Notes: generated by a model not told the origin, from the letters alone. Positions 35,745 to 48,770 are shown, counted from the first letter of the whole stretch. The stretch is DNA of 49,745 bases, filler included, from Jimgerdemannia flammicorona (GCA_003990765.1; 2 parts of 2 records of this genome joined end to end with filler, not necessarily neighbours in it); one strand, 5' to 3'. Made by a program: numbers and translations.

Positions 35745-38504
35745 ATGGCTTACCCTGCCACCACCACCCGCACGCGCGACCGCCTCGCCGCCCTCGAAAT
35801 CGAGAACGCTCGCCTGCTTCAGGCTAGGACCGCAATTCGGATACCGGCCGCGAGAACGGCAGCAACCTCCTCGGCGACCAGAGACAAGGTCGCGCAGCTT
35901 GAGCTTGAGAATGCTCGCCTTCGTCATTCCCGAACGGTTGTCATCCAGGCCACTGGGACGAGGACCAGAGACAGGCTCGCGGAGCTCGAGATTGCGAACG
36001 CCGTTCTGCGTGCTCGCATCCCAACCGTTTCGGGAACCAGCTCACGGACTAGAGAAGCTCTAGCGGTGGCTGAGCTAGAGAACCGAAGGTTGCGCGCAGT
36101 GGCTGTTCGTACAGTAACCCGGTAACTAATCAGCTTATCGCGCCTATGCGCGATTTCTGTGATACGGCGAGGGAATCTTATCTAATTATTCCTTCTGTGA
36201 CCATTTAGGACAAGCACTGAAACGTTGAGGGCCCTGCAGCGCTTAGAAGAAGAGAACCTACGTATACGAGGCGCTCTCCGAACGCTCGACGTCCTTTACA
36301 TGCTAGACTGCACCAACTCCATGAAACCGTGGATTCGAGCTGCTGCCGACAAGGTCAAGGATGTGGCCCAGCAGATATCCACCAAGTTCCCTAAATACAC
36401 TATCCGCTACGGCTTCCTGGGTTATCGCGACTTTGAGAACTCGATCGCCGATCGCTTCACCGAGTTGCCCTTCACCGAGCAGATCGACCAGCTCAAGCGG
36501 CATTTGGACGCCACAAATTCCATCGGGAACACGGACGACGCTGAGAACGTGGTCGGCGCCCTGGCGAAGGTGGTTCAATACCCCTGGAGGGCCAGGACAC
36601 GGGTGCTCTACCATTTCGCCGATTGCCCGTCCCATTTCACCCAATTCCACGATGCCAATATCGCTGATCATCACCCCACGAGGGATCCTGATGGCCGTAC
36701 CGCACGGGAGGCCGAAATGCTTGTGCGCGAGCTGGGTAATCTTGGCATCGACTACTATTTTGTTCAGATCGAGGAGGCGAAGACGAAAAAAATGATCGCG
36801 GAGTTCAAGAAATTCTACGACAATGAAGCGGACGACAGGAAACTACAGGCAAGATGAATTGGCGTGATTGCATTTTATATGCATCTCTGCTTTAAGGCGG
36901 CGCGATAACTGAAACCACTTAATCGCCGCTCATCGTCATACAGATTCTCAGTCTAGGCTGGAACACTGATAGGTTCCTGCCAAGTGTTGTCCAGACAATC
37001 AGTTCGTCCGTGGCGAGGACAATCAGGATGGAGCAAACACGGACTTTGGGGTTCGTGAAGATTTTGTGAATGTTCCTTTATCGAGCGCTGGTATCTTAGA
37101 ACTCTCTAAGTTTGGATAAATACTCACTCCCAAACAACGTAGGATGATTCAGAATGACGACGTCGCCATTGTTCCGCTTAATTGGGACCACGTGGAGCGG
37201 TGGGGCGAACAATTATCGATGAAGTCCTATACGTGCAACCTTCGACGATCGCTCGACAGCATCATACAAGCACCGCTAGCCGACCTTTTGACCAGCAATA
37301 TCCAAGCCTTTATCCGTTCGGACCCGTTCGCGTCCGGGGGTTTGCGCTACGCGTTACCATTGTACCAACCGAGTGATGAGGTAAGGGCTCTCAAACGACC
37401 ATCTGTGTGATTCACGACACATCCTGTACGCACAGACTGTTGAAACATCGCGCAACATTTGTAACACCTGTACCCTAGCGGAAACTCGTCGCGAAGATGT
37501 TTAAGGACGGGCCGCTCACAAAAGATCGCTATCTCGAGGTGATGGCTATCCAAGCTATCGCCACCAAACTGGTCTACGAGTTCAATCGCTACAACCCGCC
37601 CCAGACAATCGACTTCATTGATGTGCGTGTCGTCGAGATCGAACAGACCCATCCAAGCGAGGACACATACTTTACTGTGGAACCCTACATAGAAGGCGAC
37701 TATGTGAAGCATAACAATAATGCCGGTTGGTCGAATGAGCTGATGGCTACCGCGCAAGCATACTCCCACTTCACGTGGCAGAAATCCGGGAATAAGCTCA
37801 TTGTTGTTGATCTTCAAGGCGTTGCTTATATCATGACAGATCCAGTCATTCATTCTGTAAATCCGCCCCATAGGTCAGTCTCATTTATTTTACACTGTGC
37901 ATTTGGTTGAACTTTACCATTCAAATCCCTATTAATAATGTGCTCGTCATTCCACAGCTTTGGCAGCACAGACTTCGGCCGTGAAGGTGTTGACAGCTTC
38001 TTTTCCACCCACCGCTGCAATTACGTCTGCGACATGCTCAATTTGACTCGGCACCCAATGCAACCCCGCGACCCTATCAGCACAATCACCAATCAGCTTC
38101 AGCAGGCCAACGAGCAGTCGGGCCCACGCCAAGTGAATTGCAATGCCGCGGGGTGTTCGGCTCTCGTCTAAATTGGCCAGGGTGGGGTCTTAGGTGCCGC
38201 CGCGACCATGTCCGACATATATTGCAACTCCTGCAAGCGCAGGATGCGGCTGAACCAGACATTCACGTGTAACATGTCCGGGTGCAAAATCAAGTTCAGC
38301 ATCACACCCTATAGATACACAGCCCGCGGAGAAGACCCGCCGACGGTAAGTGTGTGCTTTGGTTTTTCTGGTGTTGGTTTGCGTGTGGAATCTCAACCTT
38401 TTGCCTGCTCCGAACGTCCACAGTGCTGTCCCGCACATCGGAATCCCAATGTCCCGACCCCCGGAGGGCCGGGAAGGAGCAGGAATCCAGGACGGCGTCC
38501 TTAA
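35745..38504 (+). CDS. Repeat-VWA-alpha-kinase-Zn-ribbon protein, paralog B (7 exons; in-frame TAA at 38169-38171 truncates the Zn-ribbon tail)
   Basis: MAYPATTTRTRDRL; DCTNSM; PFASGGLRYAL, VAKMF, VEPYIEGDYVKHNNN, VVDLQGV, TDPVIHS, HRCNYVC. Same six intron positions as paralog A. Confidence 0.9.
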
Positions 38505-39719
38505 TTGGTATCTCCGTCTACTTGCGCGTGATATGACACCCATCGTCATTCACCCTCTTTCTCTTTTCTCCTCGTGAAAAGATAGGAAGAACCCACTCTG
38601 AAAATTTTAAATCCAAAAGAAAGTTGAATCTTTGGAGACGGATTCAAACTTTCCTTTCCATTTGAAACTTTCAAAGTGGATCTTTCCTTTCTTTTTAATC
38701 TTTTCTCTGCGTTTTCGACAGTTGGCTCTCCGGTGTCTTTTTTCTTTCTTTCTTTCGCATATCGTATCTATAGGCTCAACGCTGGTTTCACATGTACCAT
38801 CGACCGATTTGAAATACCATTTCCATTACCAGTTTCTTTACGAACCATATAATCCATGTCATCGTCGCACCGTGGGTGTCACGTTGGTACTGAACTCATC
38901 TCGCTGAGGTTTGTGGGAGGAACTAGGTGATGTGCGCATATATATTATTGAGTTCAACGGTGTATTCTTGGTCTTCGTATTTTACGGTAACAATCAATCG
39001 TACACGCTTCTATTATATACTAAGCTTGGTGGTATATGGCAACTATAATGTGCGATACAATGAGCAGAACTTTCAGTATGCGTCCTTTTTTATTTTCCCT
39101 GATAATCATCAATAAAACCACATCACACGGCATACTTAAATGGATATTATGACGTCAGAACCGATTGTAACCATTCCAACAATTCATGTCTCCATACCGA
39201 ATAGCTTTAGGAAAACTTGCCATCTTGGCCACTTGTCAACACTCTCGACACTGGTCGCAGACCTCTCCCACATGCCTATTTACTCCACCAATCTATCCTA
39301 CCGGAATCGTATCAGACCGCCCCAAGCACAAAAGCCCTTCAAACCGGAAACTCGCGATAACATGCCAGGCTCCCCAGAACTGGGCCTCGCATCAGCGTAT
39401 TACATGGCGTCAACGATATGCTCAAATCAACTCAGAAACCTCTCCTAGCGTGCCCACAAGCGACGGCATTAACAACCCGGGGGCTTTTCCGTATTATAGT
39501 CGATATTCGTCTGCCTCCTATCCAAATGACGCATCACATCCACCGTGGCTTGAAATACTTGAAATTGATCTAGTTATTAACAAAATAGATTTTATAAGGG
39601 TTTAACTCATTATATCACAGTCATGAAATGATGTAGTTTTTGACATATGAATTAAGCAGAGGTGAGATAACACTTTAGTCAAGGTTATGGTCATAGAAAA
39701 TCATTTAATATAGATATCT

Positions 39720-39745
39720 AAAAAAAAAAAAAAAAAAAAAAAAAA

Positions 39746-39787
<42 letters not shown>
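39720..39787 (+). repeat. poly(A) tract, possible tail of a short retroposed insertion
   Basis: About 67 A at the boundary between the gene island and the TE nest. Confidence 0.5.
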
Positions 39788-39788
<1 letters not shown>

Positions 39789-39796
39789 AGGTTAAC

Positions 39797-40265
39797 ATAG
39801 CTGATCTCAATCAATAGAACAGCTTGGCTTCAAATACTTAATAGCTTAATATAAATATAGATTATAAAAAATTTAAATATAAATATTAGTAACTCTATTA
39901 ATATATCATTAAATTTAATTATCTTTAATATATTAAGTTTGTCTTTAAATAGTAAGTTCAGTATTAAATTTATTAAATTTGAAGATATATTTTATTAACT
40001 ATGTTATTAAGTCAATTGAGATTAGTACATCTAAACAAATTGAATTAAAATTAAGAGTCAAACTTTAAAATATAATAACTTAACCAAAATATATCTAAAT
40101 TTGATAATATTTATTATACTAGATTTCTCTAGATAAGGTAAATTTAATATGCTAAATTTTATCAAATTTAGATATATGTATTTTTATTAAGTTATTGAAT
40201 TTTGATTCAATTTATTCTGAGTACTAATTAAGATAAAACTATTCTATCAATTGAGATCAAGCTAT
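39797..40265. mobile_element. AT-rich MITE-like element
   Basis: ~30-bp imperfect TIRs (atagctgatctcaatcaatagaacag / ctattctatcaattgagatcaagctat), internal inverted repeats, no ORF. Confidence 0.6.
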
Positions 40266-40291
40266 TCTTTTTTAATAATAAATATATATAT

Positions 40292-42805
40292 TATGATAGT
40301 TGATCTACATAAATTAGTAATATGAATCAAGAGAATAGACATTTGATTATAGTATCTAAATCTGATTTCCAAATATAGTATAGCCTTATAAATAGTAGTT
40401 ATGTTTCACAAATATAGAAACTTTATAAATATAGAAATTCTACAGATATAGAATCTTCATAATCATAGAGATTTTACAGATATAGAGGATCTATACTTGT
40501 AGAAAATAACTCATAGAAAATATAGTTATAACTTAGCCATCTTATAGCTAGTAAACTTGTATAAATACATAATCCAGTATCTTAGAGTAAATAAACCTCA
40601 GATCAAAATAGTTTAAAGTAAAGAAAAAGTAAAGGAACTAGTAAGCCTACAGACAGATATACTTCAAACTTACTCCTCTGTACTCTGAGAACTCTACAAG
40701 AGTTAGAACAAGTTAAGTTTTTAAGATATAGAAATCTATCATACTTTCAAGGTTAGGCATTTACTACATTATAACTCGGTATCCATTGACTGATAATTTA
40801 AGATAAATCTCTCAATTTTAAGTTGAATAATAAACAACTGCTACCATCTGAATAACTATAAAAATTGATTGTTCAGATGCCAGAACATTGGCTGAGAGAG
40901 TGTGAGGTTTTGGGGGACTTTTGGGTAGAAATAGGAAATAGACTAGGTATGGGGTAGAGGCTGGCAGGTGAGGGAGACCACTGGGAAGACTTGAGATCTT
41001 GGCTAGTAGGTAGGGTGGGGAATAGCTGGCTCACTCTAGGGTGGGTGTTGGCAGTGTAGATGAGACTGGCAGAACATTGGCTTTTTGTATTTGAGGAGGG
41101 GCAGCAGATGGAGCTGCAGGAGAAGATTTCATGGTGAGAGGAGCTGTTGGGAGATCTGTTGACTGGATGATAGATGGGATGAGGTCCTCAGGGCAGGTGA
41201 TATCACAGTTTGGTGGTAAGGATCTGTGAGCAGAATGGAGGGAGAGTGAAGATTAGATTAGACAAAGTGGTCTTTCATCAAAAAGGGTAGGGGGAGGGGG
41301 AGCTCTCCTAGGGAAATTGGATAGAAGGAGAGATCACTGTATTTATATGAGATAGATGGGTATAATAAAGGAAGGAAGTCTAAGTAACTATAAAAAGAAA
41401 AAAAAAAAACTATATAAATTGAATCAAGATATCTAGACAAGATGGATATAAGACCATCAGTATTTCATAGATATACTTCAGATGAATTGATCATTACCTT
41501 TATTGATGATTTTGAGTAATATACTACTATAAGGACCTTGATAGTAATACAGCAAGTAGCCCTCATACTCTTTAGTCTCTAAGAACTAGCAAGAGTAGTA
41601 TTTATAGCTACATATAACTCATATAAGAAATGATGACAATACAGTGCTAGCAGCTGGCTCCAAGCCATTTATTATATAGATAAGATCAAACAAGTTCTGA
41701 AGGATTAGCTCAACCAACTTATCAAGGAATAAGCAAGAATCCAAACATATTCTATATCAGAATTCAATATCAGATAATTCTTGTAGATTATACTAACACT
41801 ATCTAAGATCAAGTAGCTGAGGTAACCTTTATAAAAAGAGTCTACCTAGAGATAGCCTTAGCTATTATCTACTTATCATCAATAGTTCTAGATCTACTAT
41901 AAAAGGTTACCTATGTCCAGTAATACTGGATAGCCAGATACTCACAAGACCATACAATAGAAAGAGTTACTGGAGTTAGAATTGAAGCATATAAGATAAC
42001 TAGTATGATCCCTACTACAGTGATCAATTGAAATATATCTCAGTCAAGAGCTACTGAGTAGCAGAGAAATAGCAACCCTATGGAGGAACTTACCAAGAAG
42101 TTTGCTAAAATGACAGCCCACTTAGGAGATATAGTAAAGGAAATTAAAGGAAGAGACTGCCACCCAGTTCAGAAATTCACTGCTATCTCAGATAAGAAGA
42201 GAAGTATTTGCTATACTTGTGAAAAAGAAGGCCACTACTTATATAAATATATGAGTGAAATCAAGCACAAGACCCAGCCAAGCAATGCTACTCAAAATAA
42301 GAAACAGGTCAACACTATCACCTTTGAGGAGATCAGGAAATCAGATAAAGAGAAATGAGAAGTCTATCCTATTAAGACTATCAAAAAAGATATCTACAAG
42401 CAATCCTATAAAAGACCATCAGGGAGACCCAAGAAGAACTCTATGGAAAAGCAGATGAAGACTGCTACAGAAAGTTAAGGTAAAGAAATAGATAAAGATA
42501 TGGAGCTAGAATAGGCTGTCTAAGATATTATTTGAGGAATCACTCTAGTCAGTAAAGGAGAAAAGAAGAAGAAGCTTTGCAAAATTAAGATCTTCAAGTA
42601 TGATATCTTCAAGAACCTTAGCTAACAAAAGGTCAATATAATCTTTGGCCAGTTAATAGAAATATATACATTCAGACAGCAAATGAGATATAGACTTACT
42701 GAGACAACCAAAGAGCAAAATTGGAAGATAACTAAAGCCAATAATATTCAAGAAGACTTAGAAAAAGAGAGTAAAGATAATTATAAGATCTCTGCTTATA
42801 CAACT
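40292..42805 (+). mobile_element. Gypsy copy 3: 5' LTR + gag remnant, heavily C>T/G>A eroded
   Basis: LTR 40292-40773 matches the copy 1 LTR. Eroded PBS; gag fragment MEELTKKFAKMTAHLGD...CYTCEKEGHY. Cut off by the Copia LTR at 42806. Confidence 0.9.
40861..41407. mobile_element. ~550-bp poly(A)-tailed insertion in Gypsy copy 3 leader
   Basis: Absent from copies 1 and 2. A-tail at ~41390-41407 and aactata duplication at 40854-40860 and 41408-41414. Confidence 0.6.
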
Positions 42806-43371
42806 TATTGGAAAGAGAGACACTTTATTGAAGTTATATATGTAGGTTGTATATTTCTCTATATTACTGATGAATGATATAAGTCTGATAGAATGATATA
42901 AGGTCATATACTGATATATTGAGTTGTTATCTCAATACTTCTGCTCAATGAGATATATAACTAAAAAAAAAAAAAATACAAACTAGAATAGAAGCAAACT
43001 AGAGTAAACTAAATATGACCAATAGAATACTATCTAGATAACCACAGAAGGTCAAAATTTCCTACTTATAAGTATGAAAATAGGTAAATAATATAGTAAA
43101 AGGCTGGTAAGAAAATTTCATAAGTTGAAAAGTATTCCAAAATATACCCAAAAATATCCATAGATGAAGAATATAAAAAATATAATATATGTAATCCACT
43201 TGTAGATATCAAATATATATATAATATGTAATATGATAAGAGAGACTTTTTGCAGTCTGAAAAATGTCCTATGATCAAGCAAATACTGATATGTATAAGA
43301 CCTATTCCTTTACAACATAGCTTGAACTTTGGCTTTGGAAGGGCTTTCATAAATGAATTGGTGATCATATA

Positions 43372-44970
43372 CAGTGACAGCCAAAACTGTAACAATGTTT
43401 AGTTATTTTTTATATATAATTATATTATAGCTTCAATATAAATACAATAAAATCCAAATTTTTATCATTAATAATATAGTATCTCAGCTTTTGAATGGTA
43501 TATTTTTATTTTATTTGGATAAATATAGACATTAATATAACCATTTTAAGTTATATTATCATTGTTATAGTTTTGATCCTCTTGGCCATCCAAACATCTT
43601 ATTTATTTTTATTTAGTATTTAACATATCTACCTTTGGCTTTATATACTACTGCAATGCGCCTGGGCATACTTTCAATTAATTTGATACAAATATCTTTA
43701 GGAATGTTATTCCATATATGCTGTATGCGCTCCCATAATTCCAGCATTCCTTCAGATAGTTCATCATATGCATTCAACTGTTTTTTAAGTTCGCACCATA
43801 AATGTTTGATAGGGTTGAAGTCTGGTGATTGTACTGGCCAGTCTAATATATGGATAGAGTTGTTTTTGAACCATTTGCATACCATTTTGGACATGTGTTT
43901 GGAATCATTATTCTGTTGGAAGGTGATCTTTTTTTGATTAAGTTTGTAATACTTGATCGTTCGAAGCAATTCATCACCAAAGATACTAGTATATAATTCG
44001 GCATTCATTCAGCCTTCGATTTGGCATATGTATCTGATGCCCTTGTACATCATACATCCCTAAAGCATTAACAATCTACTACTGAATTTTAGTATTCTAG
44101 TCATCTGGTTTAGTTGGAGCTCCCCACCACCACCCGATTTATACTATATCCATTTGTGTCCATTGAAGCCCAAATAGTTAATCTTCATTTCATTGGAAAA
44201 CACAATGGTTTTCCAGTCGGCAACTGTCCAATGCTTGTATTTCATGGCAAATTCATAGCATACCTTTATATGGCGAGGTAGCAAAGGTGGTTTCTTTTGC
44301 TTCATGTATGCTTTGAGGCCAGTCTTTCAGAGCATTCATTTTACCATGCTAAGGCTCACCTTTTTGCCACTTTCTTGAAGGACTTTTATAACCCTGGTGG
44401 CATTATCTGCTTTGCCAATTGTAACTTAGTGGGTGATTCATGCTTTATTCCAGGCTGAAAACATAGCCAGATGACTACCTTTCAATGAAGGAATATTGTT
44501 ACAATATGCTATTTTTACACAGTTTACTGTCATTGTACTCACATTGGTTTCTTTGGCAATCTTGCATATGAATAAACTGGATTGTAGTAAGTAGATAATG
44601 CGGTTATGAATATCGACAGAAAGCTTTTTCATTGCTTGAAAATGATGGCAAAACACCGTAGAGTGATAAAGAATATCTGAAACAACACTATAGTAAAAGT
44701 GGATAATTATAGCCCAACTTAATGGTGCATGGTGAACCCAAACAGATTTGGATGGCCAAGAGGGTCAAAACTGTAACAATGGTAATATAACTTAAAATAG
44801 TTATATTAATGTCTATATTTATCCAAATAAAATAAAAAATATACCATTCAAAAGCTGAGATACTATATTATTAATGGTAAAAATTTGGATTTTATTGTAT
44901 TTATATTGAAGCTATAATATAATTATATATAAAAAATAACTAAACATTGTTACAGTTTTGGCTGTCACTA
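43372..44970 (-). mobile_element. Tc1-family DNA transposon (1.6 kb, ~222-bp TIRs, TA duplication)
   Basis: TA|CAGTGACAGCC...GGCTGTCACTA|TA, with TIRs at 43372-43593 and 44747-44970. Confidence 0.95.
43613..44632 (-). pseudogene. Tc1 DD34E-type transposase, degenerate
   Basis: KKPPLL, WKTIVFSNEMK, FQQNNDSKH, WPVQSPDFNPIKHLW, SMPRRI. Catalytic D/D/E eroded to N/N/K by G>A changes; stops present. Confidence 0.92.
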
Positions 44971-46754
44971 TATTCTGTAGGGATGTATTCTAGATGTATA
45001 GTACTAGTTTCTATATATTTATGTATAAAATAATACTATATATCAATATGTTTCATTCTACTATAGTGTATCAGATTCTTGGTAAGTATAATTATAGATT
45101 GGTTATCTTGGTATAGCATAGTACTTTCTTATATAAAGCCAAGCTCTTTTAATAGTTCACAGAGCCATATGGCTTCTTTTATTGCCAATGATAAAGCCTG
45201 ATATTTAGCTTGTATAGATGATATTGTAATAGAGAATTACTTATATGTATATTTGCCACAAGATAATGGATCCTTTGTTGTCAATATAGAAGAGATATCC
45301 AGTTATAGATTGACAGTTATCTAAGTCTTTAGTCCAATTGATATCATATGTACTAGATAGCTGGATACTATTACTCTTGCCATTACTTTCACTTAATCCA
45401 ATATTACTACTGTCTAATATGAGTATATAGTATACTATATTCTTTAGGTATCTGAATATTCTTTTAATAGTACTCTAATATAAATTATCATAGCAGGAGG
45501 AGTACTGTGCCACCTTATTCACAATATATAATATGTCAGATATTGTTATAAGTATTAGATATATGAGAGAGCCAACTGCTTGCTGATAGGGAATATCTTT
45601 AGTATTGTTCTTGGTGAGTACATTGTCATCATTCTTGGGAGTAGTATCAGGCTTCCTTAACTTTATAGAAGTATTTATAGAAGTGTCGACAGATTTATAT
45701 TCACCTATATTAAAGTGTTTGAGAATAGTTTTGGTATATGTTTCTTACAAGAGGTATATAGTACATATGTTTCTGTCATATATGATAGATATCCCTAAAA
45801 GAAAGGATGTATTGCTCATATCTATCATCTTGAACTCTCAGCATAGGATTTTCTTTATTCTGTTAAACCTGTTCTTACTTGCAATGATAATGATATCATC
45901 TATCTATATACCAATGAATACTATGCTCTCATCATCATAATGCTAGATATATATGTAATTATCTACTTTGCAATATATGAATCTATAATCAAGAGATATT
46001 TATCAATTTTTTTGTTCCATAACTATGCTACTTATTTAATACCATATAGTCTTTTGTATAATTTATATACAAGCTTGCTATTTAGGCTATCATATAGTTT
46101 ATATCCTTGCAGTTGATGGACATATAGTTTGGTGTTTATATTACCATTCAGAAATGCCATCTTGATATCTATTTGATGGATTTCAAGATCATATACTGCA
46201 CTAATCACAAGGAGTATTCTAAGTGAAGTAAGCTTGAATACTGATAAAAATGTCTTATTGTAATCTATGCTATAATTTTGTAAATAATCCTTAACAATAA
46301 AATAAGCTTTATACCACTCTATGCTTTTGTCACTTTTGTACTTAATTCTATAGATCTACTTAGATCTGATTGCTTGACAGTTTGGCAAAAGAGATACTAG
46401 ATTTCATATGCCATTTTCAATAAGTAAATTATATTCCTCATCTATTATGCATTGCTATTTCTTGTTATCAGTATATTGTATAGTCTCATTATATATATTT
46501 GGTTTACTGAAAGATATTGTGATATATATGTATTTGTATACTTTAGTATAGCTCATATGGTCTTGATATTATTACTATCTAGAGCTTACTGGCATATTCT
46601 AATAATTTTCTAAATCAGAATGAGTTTCTCAGTAAATGTTGGAGTACTTTTGCTTACTTCTTATAAAGAATTCCTCATTGCTAGGCTCACCATCATCTTT
46701 ATCCTTGATCTCTATTATTCTTAGCTTAGCCATTTCTGGCTTAGGCTTAAATAT

Positions 46755-48770
46755 ACATATATATTTCTTATAGAAGTAGCTACTAATTAATCTTTTGAAT
46801 TCTTTTCTGATTTCTTGAATATAGATGACTTTTTTGTTAAGTATAATGAATGTGTTAAATACTTCTTAGATAGTTTTATTATTGAGTCTATCAAATTTCT
46901 CTTAGCTAATATAGGTCTCAGTCTACTCAATGATGATTTTATTGACTTCTTTGGTTTGGTTCTGGAGAGTAGCCAGAGTGAAAGTATTCTTTAGTTATCA
47001 CTAATAATATTGGTAATATTGACTAAGTTATTTATATTTATAGTGAATTTTTTAAGAGAAGTTTACTTATAAGTGAGAGTAATTTTTATTACTATTAAAT
47101 TATAATAAAACTATATACTAATAGAATTAATATATTGTAGATAATCAAAATTAACTATCAGCTCTAATTTCTGAGTTCTTGTAAGAAAGTACTGAGTTTT
47201 AATTACTTGTTTTTTTTTTTTTTTTTTTTTTTTTAATAGGATCAAGTCTCCACAGATTTTTTATTAGAAAGAAACCTAGACTATATAGGCCAAAACTCTC
47301 TCTTACTCTCTCCTGAGTACTACTCCCCTATTGTTCTTAGGCTATAGAGAGAAATAGCAATTATACTATCTCAACTATATAAGGATAGTATTATATATCT
47401 CTATTCTAATAATATATAGACCAGACTTATCTATTTACTAGAGCTGGATTATTAGATCAATACTGTGAGAGCATACCTATATATCAGATCCAGTAATACT
47501 AGAACTGAACTATATAATCTCTCTAATTAATTAATAAGAAGTAGAATAGATTTATGATAAGTGAGTAAAGAACTTATATAAGACTCTCTCAAAAAAACTG
47601 ATATATAGACTAAGGTCTGAAAAGACTCTAATTCTACTTCTCAAGTCTACAGGTCTCAATTATATTACTATATCAGTTCTTAGTTTCAGTTAAGTATATA
47701 CTATCAAATGAGAAAGATCTCACTCTCTAAGCTTGTAAGTCTTGATTACATTATCATATCAGCTCTTAGTTCTAGTTGGATATATTCAGAATACCAATCA
47801 CTATACTACTTTACTATCTACTAGCTAATCAAAAGGCTCTACTAAGATAATATCTACTCTAACTCTGATGACTGTCTTTAGTCTGGTATCTGACTAGTTC
47901 ATCATTATCATTTTCTCTTCTATCTATAATAGCTATCTCCTCTTCCAATCTGATACTATTTGAAAAATAGTTATCTATACCAGAACTATACTTACTAGGA
48001 AGCTTATTAAAGCTCATAGAGCTCTACTATAAATACTAATAACCTATATATAATCTATACTAATACTTGATGCTCAAGATTGGCTAACTCTCTACATAGC
48101 TTATAATTACTGTAATGATATCTTATTAATAATAGCAAAAGAAAAAAGGTGACATATCAAAATGAGTATACTCCAAATATATATAACTAGAGATATATAT
48201 TAAAAACTGTGAAAAAGTAAAGAAAATACTAATCTGATACTGATAAAGGGGCAACTTATCACTATTACCTCTCTCTCACTGCCCTACAATAGATACAGTA
48301 AACTAATCTGAGATAGAAGAAGTATAAGTTATAGAAAAGAGACTTAGAAGATTATCTACCAAAATCTTGTAACTAATATAATAGCAGAGAAAGAGATATT
48401 TCAATTATCTATTATAGCAGTATAGTTCAAGTATATATCACTTTCAGATTCTTATAGAAGTACCATACTTGTATCCTAAGTTAATTAGGCTCAGAATTAT
48501 TAATAAGTTGGGTCTGAGAGTTCTGTGATATGTAAGAATACTACTTTTTTCTTATATTTAGAGAAAGTAGAGCTAAGGTTATAATATACTCAATATAGAG
48601 GATATTTATACAGATTTGAGCTATAACTAAATATAATATGCTGAATATATTTATATATAGTTATACTATATTCAATATCTATAACTGCTAGTTGAAAATT
48701 CTATAGAAATTTCTATAAGAATTTCCATCAGAATTTCTGTTAAAAATTTCCATAACTTGTAGATATATAA
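46755..48770 (-). repeat. Second copy of the eroded element at 5890-7150, split by a LINE-like insertion
   Basis: Reverse-complement homology on both sides of 47190-48400. Confidence 0.6.
47190..48400 (-). mobile_element. 5'-truncated non-LTR (LINE-like) remnant
   Basis: poly(T) at 47190-47233 is the tail on the minus strand. It interrupts a repeat that is contiguous at ~6200 and has a degenerate ~11-bp target duplication. Confidence 0.55.

Larger units (their letters stand above)
42806..46750 (-). mobile_element. Ty1/Copia LTR retrotransposon remnant (RT-RNaseH, PPT, short 3' LTR), interrupted by Tc1
   Basis: RNaseH end FMKALPKPKFKLCCKGIGL (~43300-43365). Eroded RT (QMDIKMAFLNG, LNSKLV). 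PPT-like ttgagcagaag next to a ~132-bp LTR at 42806-42937. Confidence 0.8.

Noticed and set aside
26014..38504. Epimerase + CHO1 + alpha-kinases as a functional cluster (nucleotide-sugar sensing as with ALPK1)
   Set aside because: Only proximity supports it. The epimerase and CHO1 look like ordinary conserved fungal genes, and the kinases show no ALPK1-type sensor domain.
38632..39605. Several 60-139 aa ORFs after paralog B
   Set aside because: No motifs, splice structure or coding bias that I can support.
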